A program made the position numbers and the translations under genes. The notes below the pieces were generated by a model that was not told where the DNA came from, searched no databases, and saw nothing but the letters and a program-made list of their open reading frames with translations. A stretch of DNA of 64,000 bases, from assembly GCF_041260155.1 (NCBI RefSeq), contig NC_091937.1, positions 6,704,626 to 6,768,625 on the forward strand, read 5' to 3'. Of this stretch, positions 12,289-23,661 are shown one piece after another. This stretch comes from Ptychodera flava. Taxonomy: Eukaryota. Position 1 is the stretch's first letter. Each line of letters starts with the position of its first letter.

Positions 12289-14175
12289 AGTCCCCACGGA
12301 CACCGTCCGGGGGGACTTATAGGTTTGGTCATGTCCGTGCGTGCGTCCGTGCGTGCGTGCGTGCGTCCGTGCGTGCGTGTGTGCGTCCGTCCGTCCGTTC
12401 ACGCAGATATCTCAGAGATGCAGGAGCGATTTCATTCAAACTTGGTACAAGGATTACTTCATATGTCATACAGATGCACGTCGATTTGTTTTGTGATACG
12501 ATCCAATATGGCCGCCAGGCGGCCATTTTATTACGATTTTTTCATGTACAAAGCCATAACTCAGACATGTTTCAACCGATTTTATTCAAAGTTGGTACAA
12601 GGACATTGACCAATGTCATAGATATGCATGTCGATTTGTTTTGTGATACGATCCAATATGGCTGCCAGGCGGCCATTTTATTACGATTTTTTCATGTACA
12701 AAGCCATAACTCAGACATGTTTCAACTGAATTTATTCAAAGTTGGTACAAGGACATTGACCAATGTCATAGATATGCATGTCGATTTGTTTTGTGATACG
12801 ATCCAATATGGCTGCCAGGCGGCCATTTTATTACGATTTTTTCATGTACAAAGCACAATAACTCAGACATGTTTCAACTGAATTTATTCAAAGTTGGTAC
12901 AAGGACATTGACCAATGTCATAGATATGCACGTCACTTTGTTTTGTGATACGATCCAATATGGCTGCCAGGCGGCCATTTTATTACGATTTTTTCATGTA
13001 CAGAGCCATAAGTCAGACATGTTTCAACCGATTCAAAGTTGGTACAAGGACATTGACCACTGTAATAGATATGCATGTCAATTTGTTTTGTGATACGATC
13101 CAATATGGCTGCCGTGTGGCCATTTTGTTACAATTTTTTCATGTACAGAGCCATAACTCAAACATATCTCAACCGATTTTATTCAAAGTTGGTACAAGGA
13201 CATTGACCTATGTGATACATATGCACGTCAATTTGTTTTGTGATACAATCCAATATGGCCGCTAGGCAGCCATTTTATTATGATTTTGTCATGTACAGAG
13301 CCATAACTCAGACATGTTTCAACCGATTTTTTTCAAAGTTGTACAAGGATATTGAACAAGGATATTGACCAATGTCATAGATATGCATGTCAATTTGTTT
13401 GTGATATGATCCAATATGGCTGCCGTGTGGCCATTTTGTTACGATTTTTTCATGTACAGAGCCACAATACTCAGGCATATCTCAACCGATTTTATTCAAA
13501 GTTTGTACAATGACATTAACCTATGTCATACATATGTACGTCAATTTGTTTCATGATATGATCCAACATGGCTGCATGGCAGCCATTTTGTTACAATTTG
13601 TTCATGTCCTTTGGACACGTACGATTTTATTCACCAATTTTATTCAAACTTAGTGCAAGGACATTGACCTATGTCATACATATGCACATTGATTTGTTTT
13701 GTGATACAATCCAATATGGCCGCCGTGTGGCCATTTTTTTTCCCGATTTTTTTTCATGTCCGGAACCATAACTCAGACGTGTATCCAGCGAATTTATTCA
13801 AAGTTGGTACAAGGACATTGACTTATTTATACATATGTAATATATGTCGATTGGTTTCACGAGATGGTCCAATATGGCCACATGGTAGCAATTTTGTTAT
13901 GGTTGTTTCATGTCGAGAGCCATAACTCTGGCAAGTCTCAACTGATCCTATTCAAAGTTGGTACATGGACATTGACTTATGTAATACATATACGGTACAT
14001 GTTGATTTTTTAAACAGTAAGATCAAATATCGCTGCATGGCAGTGATTTTGTTACAATTTTCTAATGTACAGAGCCATAACTCAGACATGTTCCACAGTA
14101 TCATTCAAAGTTGGTACAAGGACATTGACCTATTTCACACATATGCTCGTCAATTTGTTTCACGTCATGTAGCAG
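12289..14175 (+). mobile_element. Satellite-bearing element A. Its terminus is AG + hairpin (tccccacggac acc gtccggggggac) + CTTAT + (GTGCGTCC)n, followed by ~11.5 tandem ~150-bp monomers.
   Basis: The terminus is homologous to the start of element B at 45209 and the monomers are homologous (~75%) to satellite-1 of element B. No matching distal terminus was found. A shared motif ggggactgtgtcatcaacgat sits at 14708 (and at 46917 in B). Confidence 0.55.
12440..14175. repeat. ~150-bp satellite array of ~11.5 units. Each monomer contains the GC-rich palindrome ATGGC(C/T)GCCAGGCGGCCAT.
   Basis: Period measured from recurring tcaaagttggtacaagg at 12588, 12738 and 12888. The ORF-track shows 50-aa periodic pseudo-peptides. 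Confidence 0.9.
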
Positions 14176-15189
14176 TAACATGTCAATTATTGAAGTTTTG
14201 TAAGTAGGCTGATATGTCAAGAAATACTGCACCAAATTTCATGAAACTTTGCACAGATGTTAAGCTCACATTGCTTTAACATTGAGAAAGACATTTATCA
14301 GTGTCATTTTAATTAATTTGTAATTGCATATGTAATGAACTTTCCTAATTAGAGTGATATAGCCACAAATTAATACAACGTCAAATTTGATGAAACTTGA
14401 TACAGATGTTGATCTCATAGTTTGTTGTAAATACTGCGTCAAACTTCATGAAATATGGTACCAGTGATAATCTATTAAGTATTAGGATTGTATGCAAAAA
14501 ATTTTTGCAACACCCTGTGATTAATTCCTAGTTGACTCATTTTATGAACTTTAGGATGGTGGCCTACATTGGTTTTATGTTTTCATCACCATGGAACTCA
14601 TTCTTGGCCATTGAGTGCCATCTGTATCAAAGTATTTTTATCACAGACCTAATTAATGAAGAGGACTCTATCCTCTCTGAGGACTTGTAATCAAAGTACC
14701 CATTAACAAGTGGGGACTGTGTCATCAACGATTTCATTTCTTTTTTGTTTTTTGTCCACTGGATTTTGGTGCTGAACAGGATTGAATTTTTGATCTAAAA
14801 TTGAAATTCGGATATAAATACAATATCATCATTTTTTCTACCCTAAAAGTAATGCATCTGTTTTCCAAAGTTTTCTGTTTTTCTCCCGTGATGAAAATCA
14901 TGAATAAGCTTAAGACTGATAAGAACTTTGTTGCATAAAACCACACTTCGGGAACCATGGTAGAACAAGTACCATGAATCAAACATTTCACATAATCAGG
15001 CAAGACTGCGGCTCCGGAGACTGCTGCTGGGAATGAATAAGACTACTGGACTGAAGCTTTAATTCAAATCTGAAACTACACCTGAATCCAAACCTTACCC
15101 TGGATATTGCATCTGATAGAGGACACCATAGCATATGAGATGGCGGGCTGTGTATCAGATATTCACCTCAATGGCATGGCGCCAGATTA

Positions 15190-15295
15190 CATTTAAATTG
15201 GCACTGAGGTGAAAAATGAGGGAAGCGGTGGTGGATTCTAACCGCTAGGTGACTGGGTACCGTACGTTATGAGTTCGAATCCTGTTGAAACCACC
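15190..15295 (+). mobile_element. tRNA-related SINE-like fragment (T-loop-like GAGTTCGAATCC, with a GGTGGTG...ACCACC pseudo-acceptor)
   Basis: Read directly. The T-stem and D-arm do not fold canonically, so this is not called a tRNA gene. Confidence 0.25.
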
Positions 15296-16085
15296 ATATT
15301 GATACATTGCCACAGCATTGCTGACTACGTGTTCATTAGTGTGGATGCAACCCCTGACTTGCGTGATGATGGGGAGTCTCACAAACAGCCAGGCAGGGCA
15401 GGGAGTGGCAGAGCTAGGTACATCCACATTAGTTGTTGCTTAGGGTCTGCAGACTAAGGGGGAGCACCATTTTATTTTGGGGGGGGGGCACTGGAGAAAA
15501 TGGAGGTGTCGACAAATTTGTTTTCACCCGTTATGGCAGCATTTTTTTTTCAAAGTATGCTCACGCAACAAATTATTTTTTTACACAGCTGAAGGCAATG
15601 CAAAGTATTTCATTTGTTCTCAAAGTGAAGTACATGTGCATATTTTTTGCATGTCAAAGTTCATTCATGCAACCTGTAATCTATAATGGTGCAGAATTTT
15701 GCACATCTGACCCCTTCCCATGTTAGAAAATGTTGAAATATGCAGAGCTCAAAGCTGCATTTTCATGAACTCAAAACTAAATTGATTTCACAATTTTTTG
15801 TTTGATTAAAAAATTTCTTATGAAATGTCTCTGCATCCATTCTTCAAATTTTAAACAGAGCAAAAGTCAGAATTACAGTATACCATAATGGAGGGGTCAA
15901 AAATAATTTCGTAATTATGAATAAACTACACAAATGTAAAGAGATAAATTGAAATATACACTTTGTAATATGATTTCCACCATAGGCAGCAGCTCAAATA
16001 CTAAAATCAGTTCTAAACATGCATTTTTAGCTCACATTTGGTTATACCAATGTGAGTTTATCGTATAAGCTGAAGTCGATGGCGT

Positions 16086-16127
16086 CTGTATGTATGTGTG
16101 TATGTATGTATGTATGTATGTACGTAT
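16086..16127. repeat. (TGTATGTA)n microsatellite
   Basis: Direct read. Confidence 0.9.
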
Positions 16128-16399
16128 AGTATGTCCGTCAACATCAAAAACACGCAAACCGCTGCACGTTTCAGCTTGGTATTTGGTGTGTGGATGCATC
16201 CTGGGCTATAGATGGGATTTTGTTCAAATGAAGTCTGCATTGCCAAATTATGCAAATGAGCTTACAAAATGTGAAAATGGTCAAGAATTAATATCTCGAG
16301 AACCGCTGTTTTGATTGCTTTGAAAATTTGTGTGCAAGTACCTTAGGTGAACCTTATACAGTTTTATGAATATTGTGAAGATATCCTTAATTTTGTATT

Positions 16400-16900
16400 T
16401 TTACTGAATTTTTTGGTGATTTTTCTCATTTTCATTAAAAATTATTCTTCTCTGAAACCGCCAGCCCAATCGCTCTCAAATTTGGGTTGGATCTTTGCAA
16501 GGGTGTTACTCTTCTAATTTGTTGAAATTATGACAAAATTGGGAAAATTACTATTTTGGAGCAATTTTGTCATTTTTGGTTGAAAACTCTTAAACAGTAT
16601 TTTCTTTTTAAAGCTCCTGAACAGACAGCTTTTATATTTGGTACACAGACGTACAGAGATGACGATAGTTAGATATGTGGAAATTGTCCTGAAATATACA
16701 AATTTGTATTTTTAAGACAATATTGTCATTTTTGGTCAAGAAAACTTGTTCTCAAAATTACTTGTGTGATAGCTTTGTAATTTGGTATAAAGTCCCGAGG
16801 GATGTTATTAGATAAATTTTCTGCTCAAGTGTTGGGAAATTTGTATATTTTAGGTAATTTTCTCAGTTTCTGATCTTAAATGACCCACACCAACCCAGGA
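16400..16900 (-). repeat. Two to three units of the satellite-2 family (the same family as 47290-48620) in reverse orientation
   Basis: The reverse complement of 16670-16730 (ttgaccaaaaatgacaatattgtcttaaaaatacaaatttgtatatttcaggacaat) matches 48181-48245 (ttgaccaaaaatggcaaaaattgccttaaaaatgtaaatttgcatatttctgcacaat). Confidence 0.6.
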
Positions 16901-18658
16901 TATGTTGTGAGACAGTTTTGAAGGCTGTGAACATAATTTTGTCTTTGGTATCAATTTGTAGGAAAATTTGAACCAGAAAACAAAGCTGAGGTGACTTTTT
17001 CATTGCAGACCAATTTTTGCAACTTATCTATGTAAGACATACAAGAACTGATGAGAAATTTGGATCCAGGATAATTCCAGGTGTTGTAATCACCGCCCAC
17101 AGTGGAAGGCATTTCACCATCTGTAACTAACTTAAGTGCTGTTTACATTAGAATGATAACACTCACATTGTATTTACAACCACAAGGTTATAATTCATTT
17201 CCTGTCATCTGGTGTTATGTAATACCAAGGAATGGAACATTTGATATTCAGGAGGGGTAGGGTCTAGAGGATTGATGAGGTAGCATTACTTTTTTTACCA
17301 GATCCTCTTGTACATTTTTTTACCCACTCCCACCTTTTCTTTTCATCAAACCTTCTCTGTCTATTTTTTGTTGTTGATATTTGTCTATGTATGTAGGATC
17401 TGCTTGTCCCATTGCTATAGAAGTTGATATGCATGTTCCTAAAGATGACCTCAGTACCTAAGTTGGAGACCTTATTTGCTTTTGTCATTCTTGTTTTTCC
17501 TGGTTTAAATATTCTCGAATGGACCAATTCAAACTGAATGTGAGCACACTGTCCTTGACGGTATTTTTGGTATTTCCAGCACCCCACATCACATTTTTTT
17601 AACCTTCATCTCTGGGAAGCAGTAACATTTTTTTTCTCACTTTGGGGTTTTGCTGCAAATTATTTTTTATTCTCCAAGGGAGGCGGACAGTTTTCCACAC
17701 AATCCTACAGCCCCTACCTCAGAAGTCAAATGTTTCTCCCCTCAGCATGCTCAGTAAAAAAAGGGGGGCTCAAATCAACCTATTGATTGGCCAATCAACA
17801 AGGTCAAAGGACATCACTTGTACACACATACAAAAGGACATCACACATACACAGTCGACAGACGATCAGTGCAGTAACTTGAAACCATACGGTCGTTTTG
17901 CAATTTTAGCCATTCTTTTGTGATCAGTTTCTTAAGACAGGATGTGTTTACACCCCTAATTTTGTTGTATGCCGTACATATGCAATTTTTGTTTGAAAAC
18001 TAAGTTGAGCTATTGCGATCGTACAAAACAGAGTGCATAATTACATATTGGCCATAGACACGCCCACTGTGGTAGTGCCCTCTATTAGGCACAATTCTCA
18101 GGGTAAGATTTAAATTCAGATGTAGCAGTTACAGCTCTGAAGTTACAGCTGTTAAGGTGCCTCCCTTGTAGAGTTGGATAGTTTATTTAAATCCAAATTT
18201 CTGTTTCAGATCTGAAATTCCATTCTGTTCTGCTCCAAAATCCAGTGGGCTAAAAAACATGGACTCTTAATAATAAGAAACTTATTTTTTATCTGGTGTG
18301 GCTATTCCGTTCCTGGCCACAAATTAGTGTAAGCCCTTGTCGCCACCATTCACTCTGAGATTGTCAATTGTTTTTGTCGCTCAGTTTCTGTCAGTGGACA
18401 GCTATGCAGATCCTAACCATACTTACATTGTATGACCAAAGAATTGAGAGATGGCCTCCCAGTCTAAGATCACTATTCCATCGGGCCTGTAGTAGCATAA
18501 GACTACAGGTCCTAAAGCATTGGCTGGATGATTTGCTTATTACTGGTTTAGTCACAGTGAATCTCTACACAGGGAAATCGGGAAACAGTTAAAAGTTTGA
18601 AGACTCATCAGATGCATTTATGACAATTTATACATAAGCTTATTTTATTCTATTGCAG

Positions 18659-19827
18659 GGATAATGGAAGAGAAAAGCAAAGGTATGCTATCAGAAGTGT
18701 CAACAATGTCAGCTTCTATAGCTGGAGAGGCATTGAAACCAAGAAGGGCACTAGGAATGGCACCATCAACAGAATCTCTGGCAAAGACAAAAAAACCACC
18801 TCCAGTAGCACATCCAGCAGGTATGCCACCGCCCCCACCACCACCGCCACCACCTAGACCAGTAAGTGGTGCACCAGTGCCACCACTAGGAACAGGGGCA
18901 CCAGTACCACCTGCAGCGGCACCTCCACTAGGCATGCCACCACCACCACCACCACCTCCAGCAACATATGCTCTACCAGTGCCACCACCACCAGGGGCAT
19001 CAGTACCTCCTCCAGTGGCACATTCAGCAGGCATGCCACCACCACCACCTCCATCAGTAAGTGGTGCACCAGTGCCACTGCCATCAGGAAGAGGAGCACA
19101 AGTACCAATAGCAGCAGGATTTCCACAAGAAATGCCACTACATGAACGACTACAATCAATACCATGTCGATCAGCATATGCTAAACCAGTGCCACCACCA
19201 CCATCAGGAAGTGTTGGGCCATTGCCACTTCACCAGTCTCAACAAAGATTAATGAGAGGCGGAATACCACAAGCACGTCGAAAATTATCAGTTGAAATGG
19301 TATATCCAGCAACCATACTGCCACCAGTACCACCACCATCATCATCATCACAAAGAAAATATGCTGCACCGTCACCCCCACCTCTTCCAAAGGCACGAAT
19401 TCAAGCCCAGTCAGGCAAGCCATCATCACCACCTCCAGCTAGAGCAGAACTTCAAAAATCTTTGCCACTACAAGGACCACCTTCGGTAAAACGAACACCA
19501 CCACCACCACCACAACAACAACAACAAGAACAACAACAACAACGGGCACAACCAGCTATACCAATACAGCCAGCACAGGTATTATCTAGGGGAGTACAAC
19601 CAGCTGTATCCCAGCCTTTGCTCCATAAGGCAACTGCAGAATCAGAAGCACCAAGAATGAGAAGTGCAGTAAAGATTGGTGCAGCCATGCCTGAATGGGA
19701 AGAAGAAATACCATTGCAGATGGAAATTCCAATGAAGGCTGTGGAAGGGGCTTTTGATGCAAAATTACAACTGCAAACGTTGAGACAAGGAGATTCAATT
19801 GTATATATAGGAGTACCAAAGACAAAG
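18659..19827 (+). CDS. Large proline-rich exon (389 codons) resembling a formin FH1 or WASP-family polyproline region: repeated GMPPPPPPPPPP / GAPVPP blocks and a polyQ (QQQQQEQQQQ)
   Basis: Acceptor ttctattgcag|. The exon starts with GG, which completes the phase-1 codon from the acidic exons as GGG. There is an uninterrupted 1169-nt frame and an AAG|gtaaaa donor ending in phase 0. Confidence 0.7.
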
Positions 19828-19986
19828 GTAAAATTTTATCTTGCAACAATCTTGTCTGTTCATGTTCTGAATATGGATTTCATCATGACACCATTTTAAT
19901 AGCATTAAAGCTCATAATGTTATTAGATCTGTATTGATAACAACATGGCTTTTGCTGTTGGATGGCAAGATTTCTTCTTACTCTTT

Positions 19987-20255
19987 TAAAGGGACAAAGT
20001 CTGCCATTTTTCGTGAATTTTGTTTGATACGAGATACTCCTTCATTTCTTTGACTTGTCAAAAGATGTTGAATTAATGGTCATTACCATTAATTCATTTT
20101 TGCGATGGTTTAGTGTATCGGGTTCGATAAAGCGGGTTCAAATGTATGCATGGTCACCTATTCATTCAGTATCTTTCAACATGTCAAACAATATATATAA
20201 GTAGTATCTTGTATCAAGCAAAATTCATGAAAAATGGCCGACTTTGTCCCTTTAA
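19987..20255. mobile_element. MITE-1 copy 2 (same family as 7558-7842), in the intron after the proline-rich exon
   Basis: The same termini (ttaaagggacaaagtc...gactttgtccctttaa) and the same internal sequence blocks (ttttcatgaattttgtttgata, catgttgaaagatactgaat). Confidence 0.8.
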
Positions 20256-23200
20256 TTTTGTAGGGCACATCTGTAACTTTGCATTCTGATTGCAGTAACA
20301 GTAGATTTGAGCATTATTACTATTCGTGGCAGTCATTGCTTGTGGTTTTGGCAAGCGTAGTTTATGACTGATGAATAATAATCTGTCTTCCTTTCGATCA
20401 CTGTTCTTGCCTTGGTGAAACACCAGTTACTGTACCGGTACATCTATTAGCTACAGTCAAGGCACCTTCAATTTGGTTATTATGTAGAGTACCATACTTG
20501 TACAATACATCCATCAAGTACCATCTTGCAATCGTGATTGTCAGGAAAGCCGCTTCCATATTAGTGTACCATATTCCGAATTGTGCACATCAGTAGATAA
20601 CTTTCAGCAGATATACTGGTACTTCTCACACACTGAAACCTAAATTAAGTTTCATTGTGGACTGCATAAATTCACTCAAACAAAACCAGGTGCAGAATTT
20701 CAGCTGCAGAAATTTCTATAGGGCCATTCACAGTTTACGTCACTGTTCCCTCATGAATATGCAAAAGTAAATATTTGTCCGCATTTTTAGATTACGCTTT
20801 TGAAAATTACGCATGCAAGAACGACGCAAATACATCTCAGAGGGCGTGACTGCTGGTGTAACAATGAATACTAAAAGGCATATTCACGACTCAGAGTACA
20901 AGCTGCAAAAACAACCACGCATGCAACATAGATAAAATTTGTCCGCATTTCAAGTTGCGTGTCCGATGTTGCGCGCGTACAGCTATATTTAGTCATACAT
21001 ACACCACTCATGACTTTAAATTTCTAACTGCCATTCATTTTGAAACACCTACAATACATGAGGATCATAGGACCATAGCCTGAAAGAAGAAGTTATTTTT
21101 GTAGGGCTTTCATGCCAATCACACTCAAAACCTGTCAAAAAAAAGTATTTCATAGTGGAGTACTGTTCTCTTCCAGGCAGTCATCTAATCCAGGAATCTT
21201 GATTCTATAAGATTTCAAACTTACGATATCTACCATACACATGCAAAGTCTAGTCTAGATAAAATAGGCATCAGCACATGACACTGCACTGGATATTGTC
21301 AAACCCATGCGGCAAGTAAGGTTCATGTACATGTTATATGTCATCCTAGGTCAGTGAAGGTTGTACCACAAGTCTTTCTGGATGTGGGTAGTCATAGCTA
21401 CCACATGTGTACCGGTATATGGGAGCTGAGTATGCTACATACTCTCGGAACCAGAGTTCTTATCGCGCGTTCGCTCATAAGTATCTCTGGCACAGGCAGA
21501 TTAATATATTTGTGTGACCTTGAGGTCATTGGAACGTAAATTAACTACTTTTTTACCTGTTGCGCACTGTAGCCATGGTATTGCCACAGTAACGCGCGGC
21601 AGTTCGAATTCGTTCCAGCATGCGCACAGTTATCTACAAATTCAAATAAAAACGCCATTTCCTCTTTTCAGTGTTTATTTATTATTCTTTCTTTTGAGTA
21701 TTCATATATATGGCCTTGGTAAATAACTTGAAGTGCAGGAGGGGTCACAATTCAAGAAAATACATCATCAGCAGATGATTCAGAGGGGATTTGCCCAAAG
21801 GTCAACAGGTCAAAGCCTTGTTTCTTCCTGAATAATTACACTATTTAAAAGTAGTTCAAATGCTAATGATATTTTTCCAGTTTGTGTTTTCCTGTAAACT
21901 GATAGTAATTTTAAAATACGGTATGTCAATATCAAAGGACTTTATGTAAAAAGTACATATATCATGCTTTGTAGGGGAGCCGATTGCTTTTATCTACATT
22001 AGGGGTTATTTGACTGGTTTTCTTTTAATTATTCAATCACTTTGGTTTGGACAAACACTGTTGTCTTCACTGGGTGATCTGATACAGTGTGAGCTCAGAT
22101 GACAGTATCATATCCAATAGGCACTGTTATCACATGCACAAACCAAGTTTGTTGTCTCTGAACAAAAAAATATGGGATTTATACTCAGGTCATTCTACGT
22201 CAGCACAACACACGCCTGTGTCATCAATTTTGGTGTATCGGAACTTTTTTTTGCATCAATCGTTGGTGTGCTTGTCAATGTAAACAAACAAAATGGCAGC
22301 TAGTGTGAAAATATCATAAAAAATTGACACGATTTTTAGAGTCTGACAAAGTAGATCAACTTTGCAAATTTTGAGTTCTTTTGTTCGTATAGACCCTGAC
22401 ACCACTTGAAATTTCAATGCATAGTGAACAACACAAGGGGCTCAGAGTCAATGTCCAGGCCTCCAAAAGTCATGTAATACAATCAATATTTCCATAGACC
22501 ATGGTCCCTGTGATAGAGGGACCGTGCATAGACTAAGATAATAATAATCCAAACAATGAAAACACAAGTGTGTATCCCCTGTATCCCCTGTATATTCTGA
22601 AAGAATTTTTGGAATAATTTTCGGAAACAGTGAACTCGAAACTAGTTGCATCACTGTGGGTCAGACACGACACTACACAGTGTTCAAGTGGTTGAGATTC
22701 AGTCAATTTTTGTTCCAGAAAAATAGCATACTGGTAACGTTGTCTGAGGTAAATTTCTAGTTCTATGCTATCTTTGATATAGTGTATAACTTTGCAAAAG
22801 CTACTTGTAGGCTGAGTAGTCATCTGGCATTTGCTCCATACACAAACGTGAACGCCATGTTCCTCACTCATGTGACGGATGACCAGAAATGATTGATAAC
22901 TCGCCTATGGACTATGATATTATTTCTAAAGTAGTTCAAAAGTTTAAAAGCCGGATCATTATGGAAACCTTGAACTTTGCAAAAAGTAGCAAATTCTTGG
23001 CTTGTGCATGTGATAAGGATATTATTCCCTAACATTTTATTCATGAAGCAAAGGAAAATACGAGTGACGTAATGACCTTGTGACACAATGGTAATAATTG
23101 AACATGTACAGTGAATTCATTCTCAAGTTTTTGATTTGTTGGTATTTATTATAGCATGCGACTTTTGTATGAACTTCAGAAAAAATCAGAGTCCTTAAAT

Positions 23201-23661
23201 AATTGCAATATTTTATGGTATTTCATTCCTATCTGATCAAAATGTACAAACGGCAACATACCCACTTGGTCAAAATGTTATAACTGAAAGGCGAAAAAGT
23301 TTGTGCATATTGTAATCATAGTAATATATCTTTTAGCAAATAAATTGGCACAAGTCTGAAAGTTCATAGCAATAGAAATATTATCTGGTTTCAATTTTTG
23401 TCAAATATGCATACAGTATATTGGTATTCATCACAATCTTATTTGATGAGTACTTTAAGATTCATATCATGATTCATTTTTCAAAATCACACAATCTTAC
23501 TTGAGCTGATAACTAAGCATGCAGTGGTTGAAGCCAATGATATTTCAGTACTTGTGTTCAATGTAGTAGAGTGTGTGCATTCAAATTGACCAGTCAGTCG
23601 TCCTAATTATTGTTGATGAATGTCTGTCTGTTTTATGCCATACACATGTTGTCCTGGACAG

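Noticed and set aside
12357-13265. ORFs of 74-174 aa inside the satellite arrays (also 45239-45547 and 45791-45994)
   Set aside because: The pseudo-peptides repeat with the satellite period (50 aa = 150 bp). There are no splice or start context signals.
12440-14175. Possible CRISPR array, given the regular ~150-bp periodic repeats (also at 45300-48620)
   Set aside because: The units abut directly and there are no unique spacers. Unit length is 130-150 bp rather than 25-50 bp. The genomic context is eukaryotic (introns, microsatellites, LINE/MITE). These are satellite arrays.
15227-15295. Bona fide tRNA gene
   Set aside because: The T-loop box is present, but the T-stem, D-arm and seventh acceptor pair do not fold canonically. 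More likely a SINE-like or pseudo-tRNA sequence.
20768-20965. Direct ~30-bp repeats (aaatatttgtccgcatttttagattacgc / aaaatttgtccgcatttcaagttgcgtg) with a repeated cacgcatgcaa motif between them
   Set aside because: Only two degenerate copies in local tandem. There is no recognisable terminus or coding signal, so it was not promoted to a feature.
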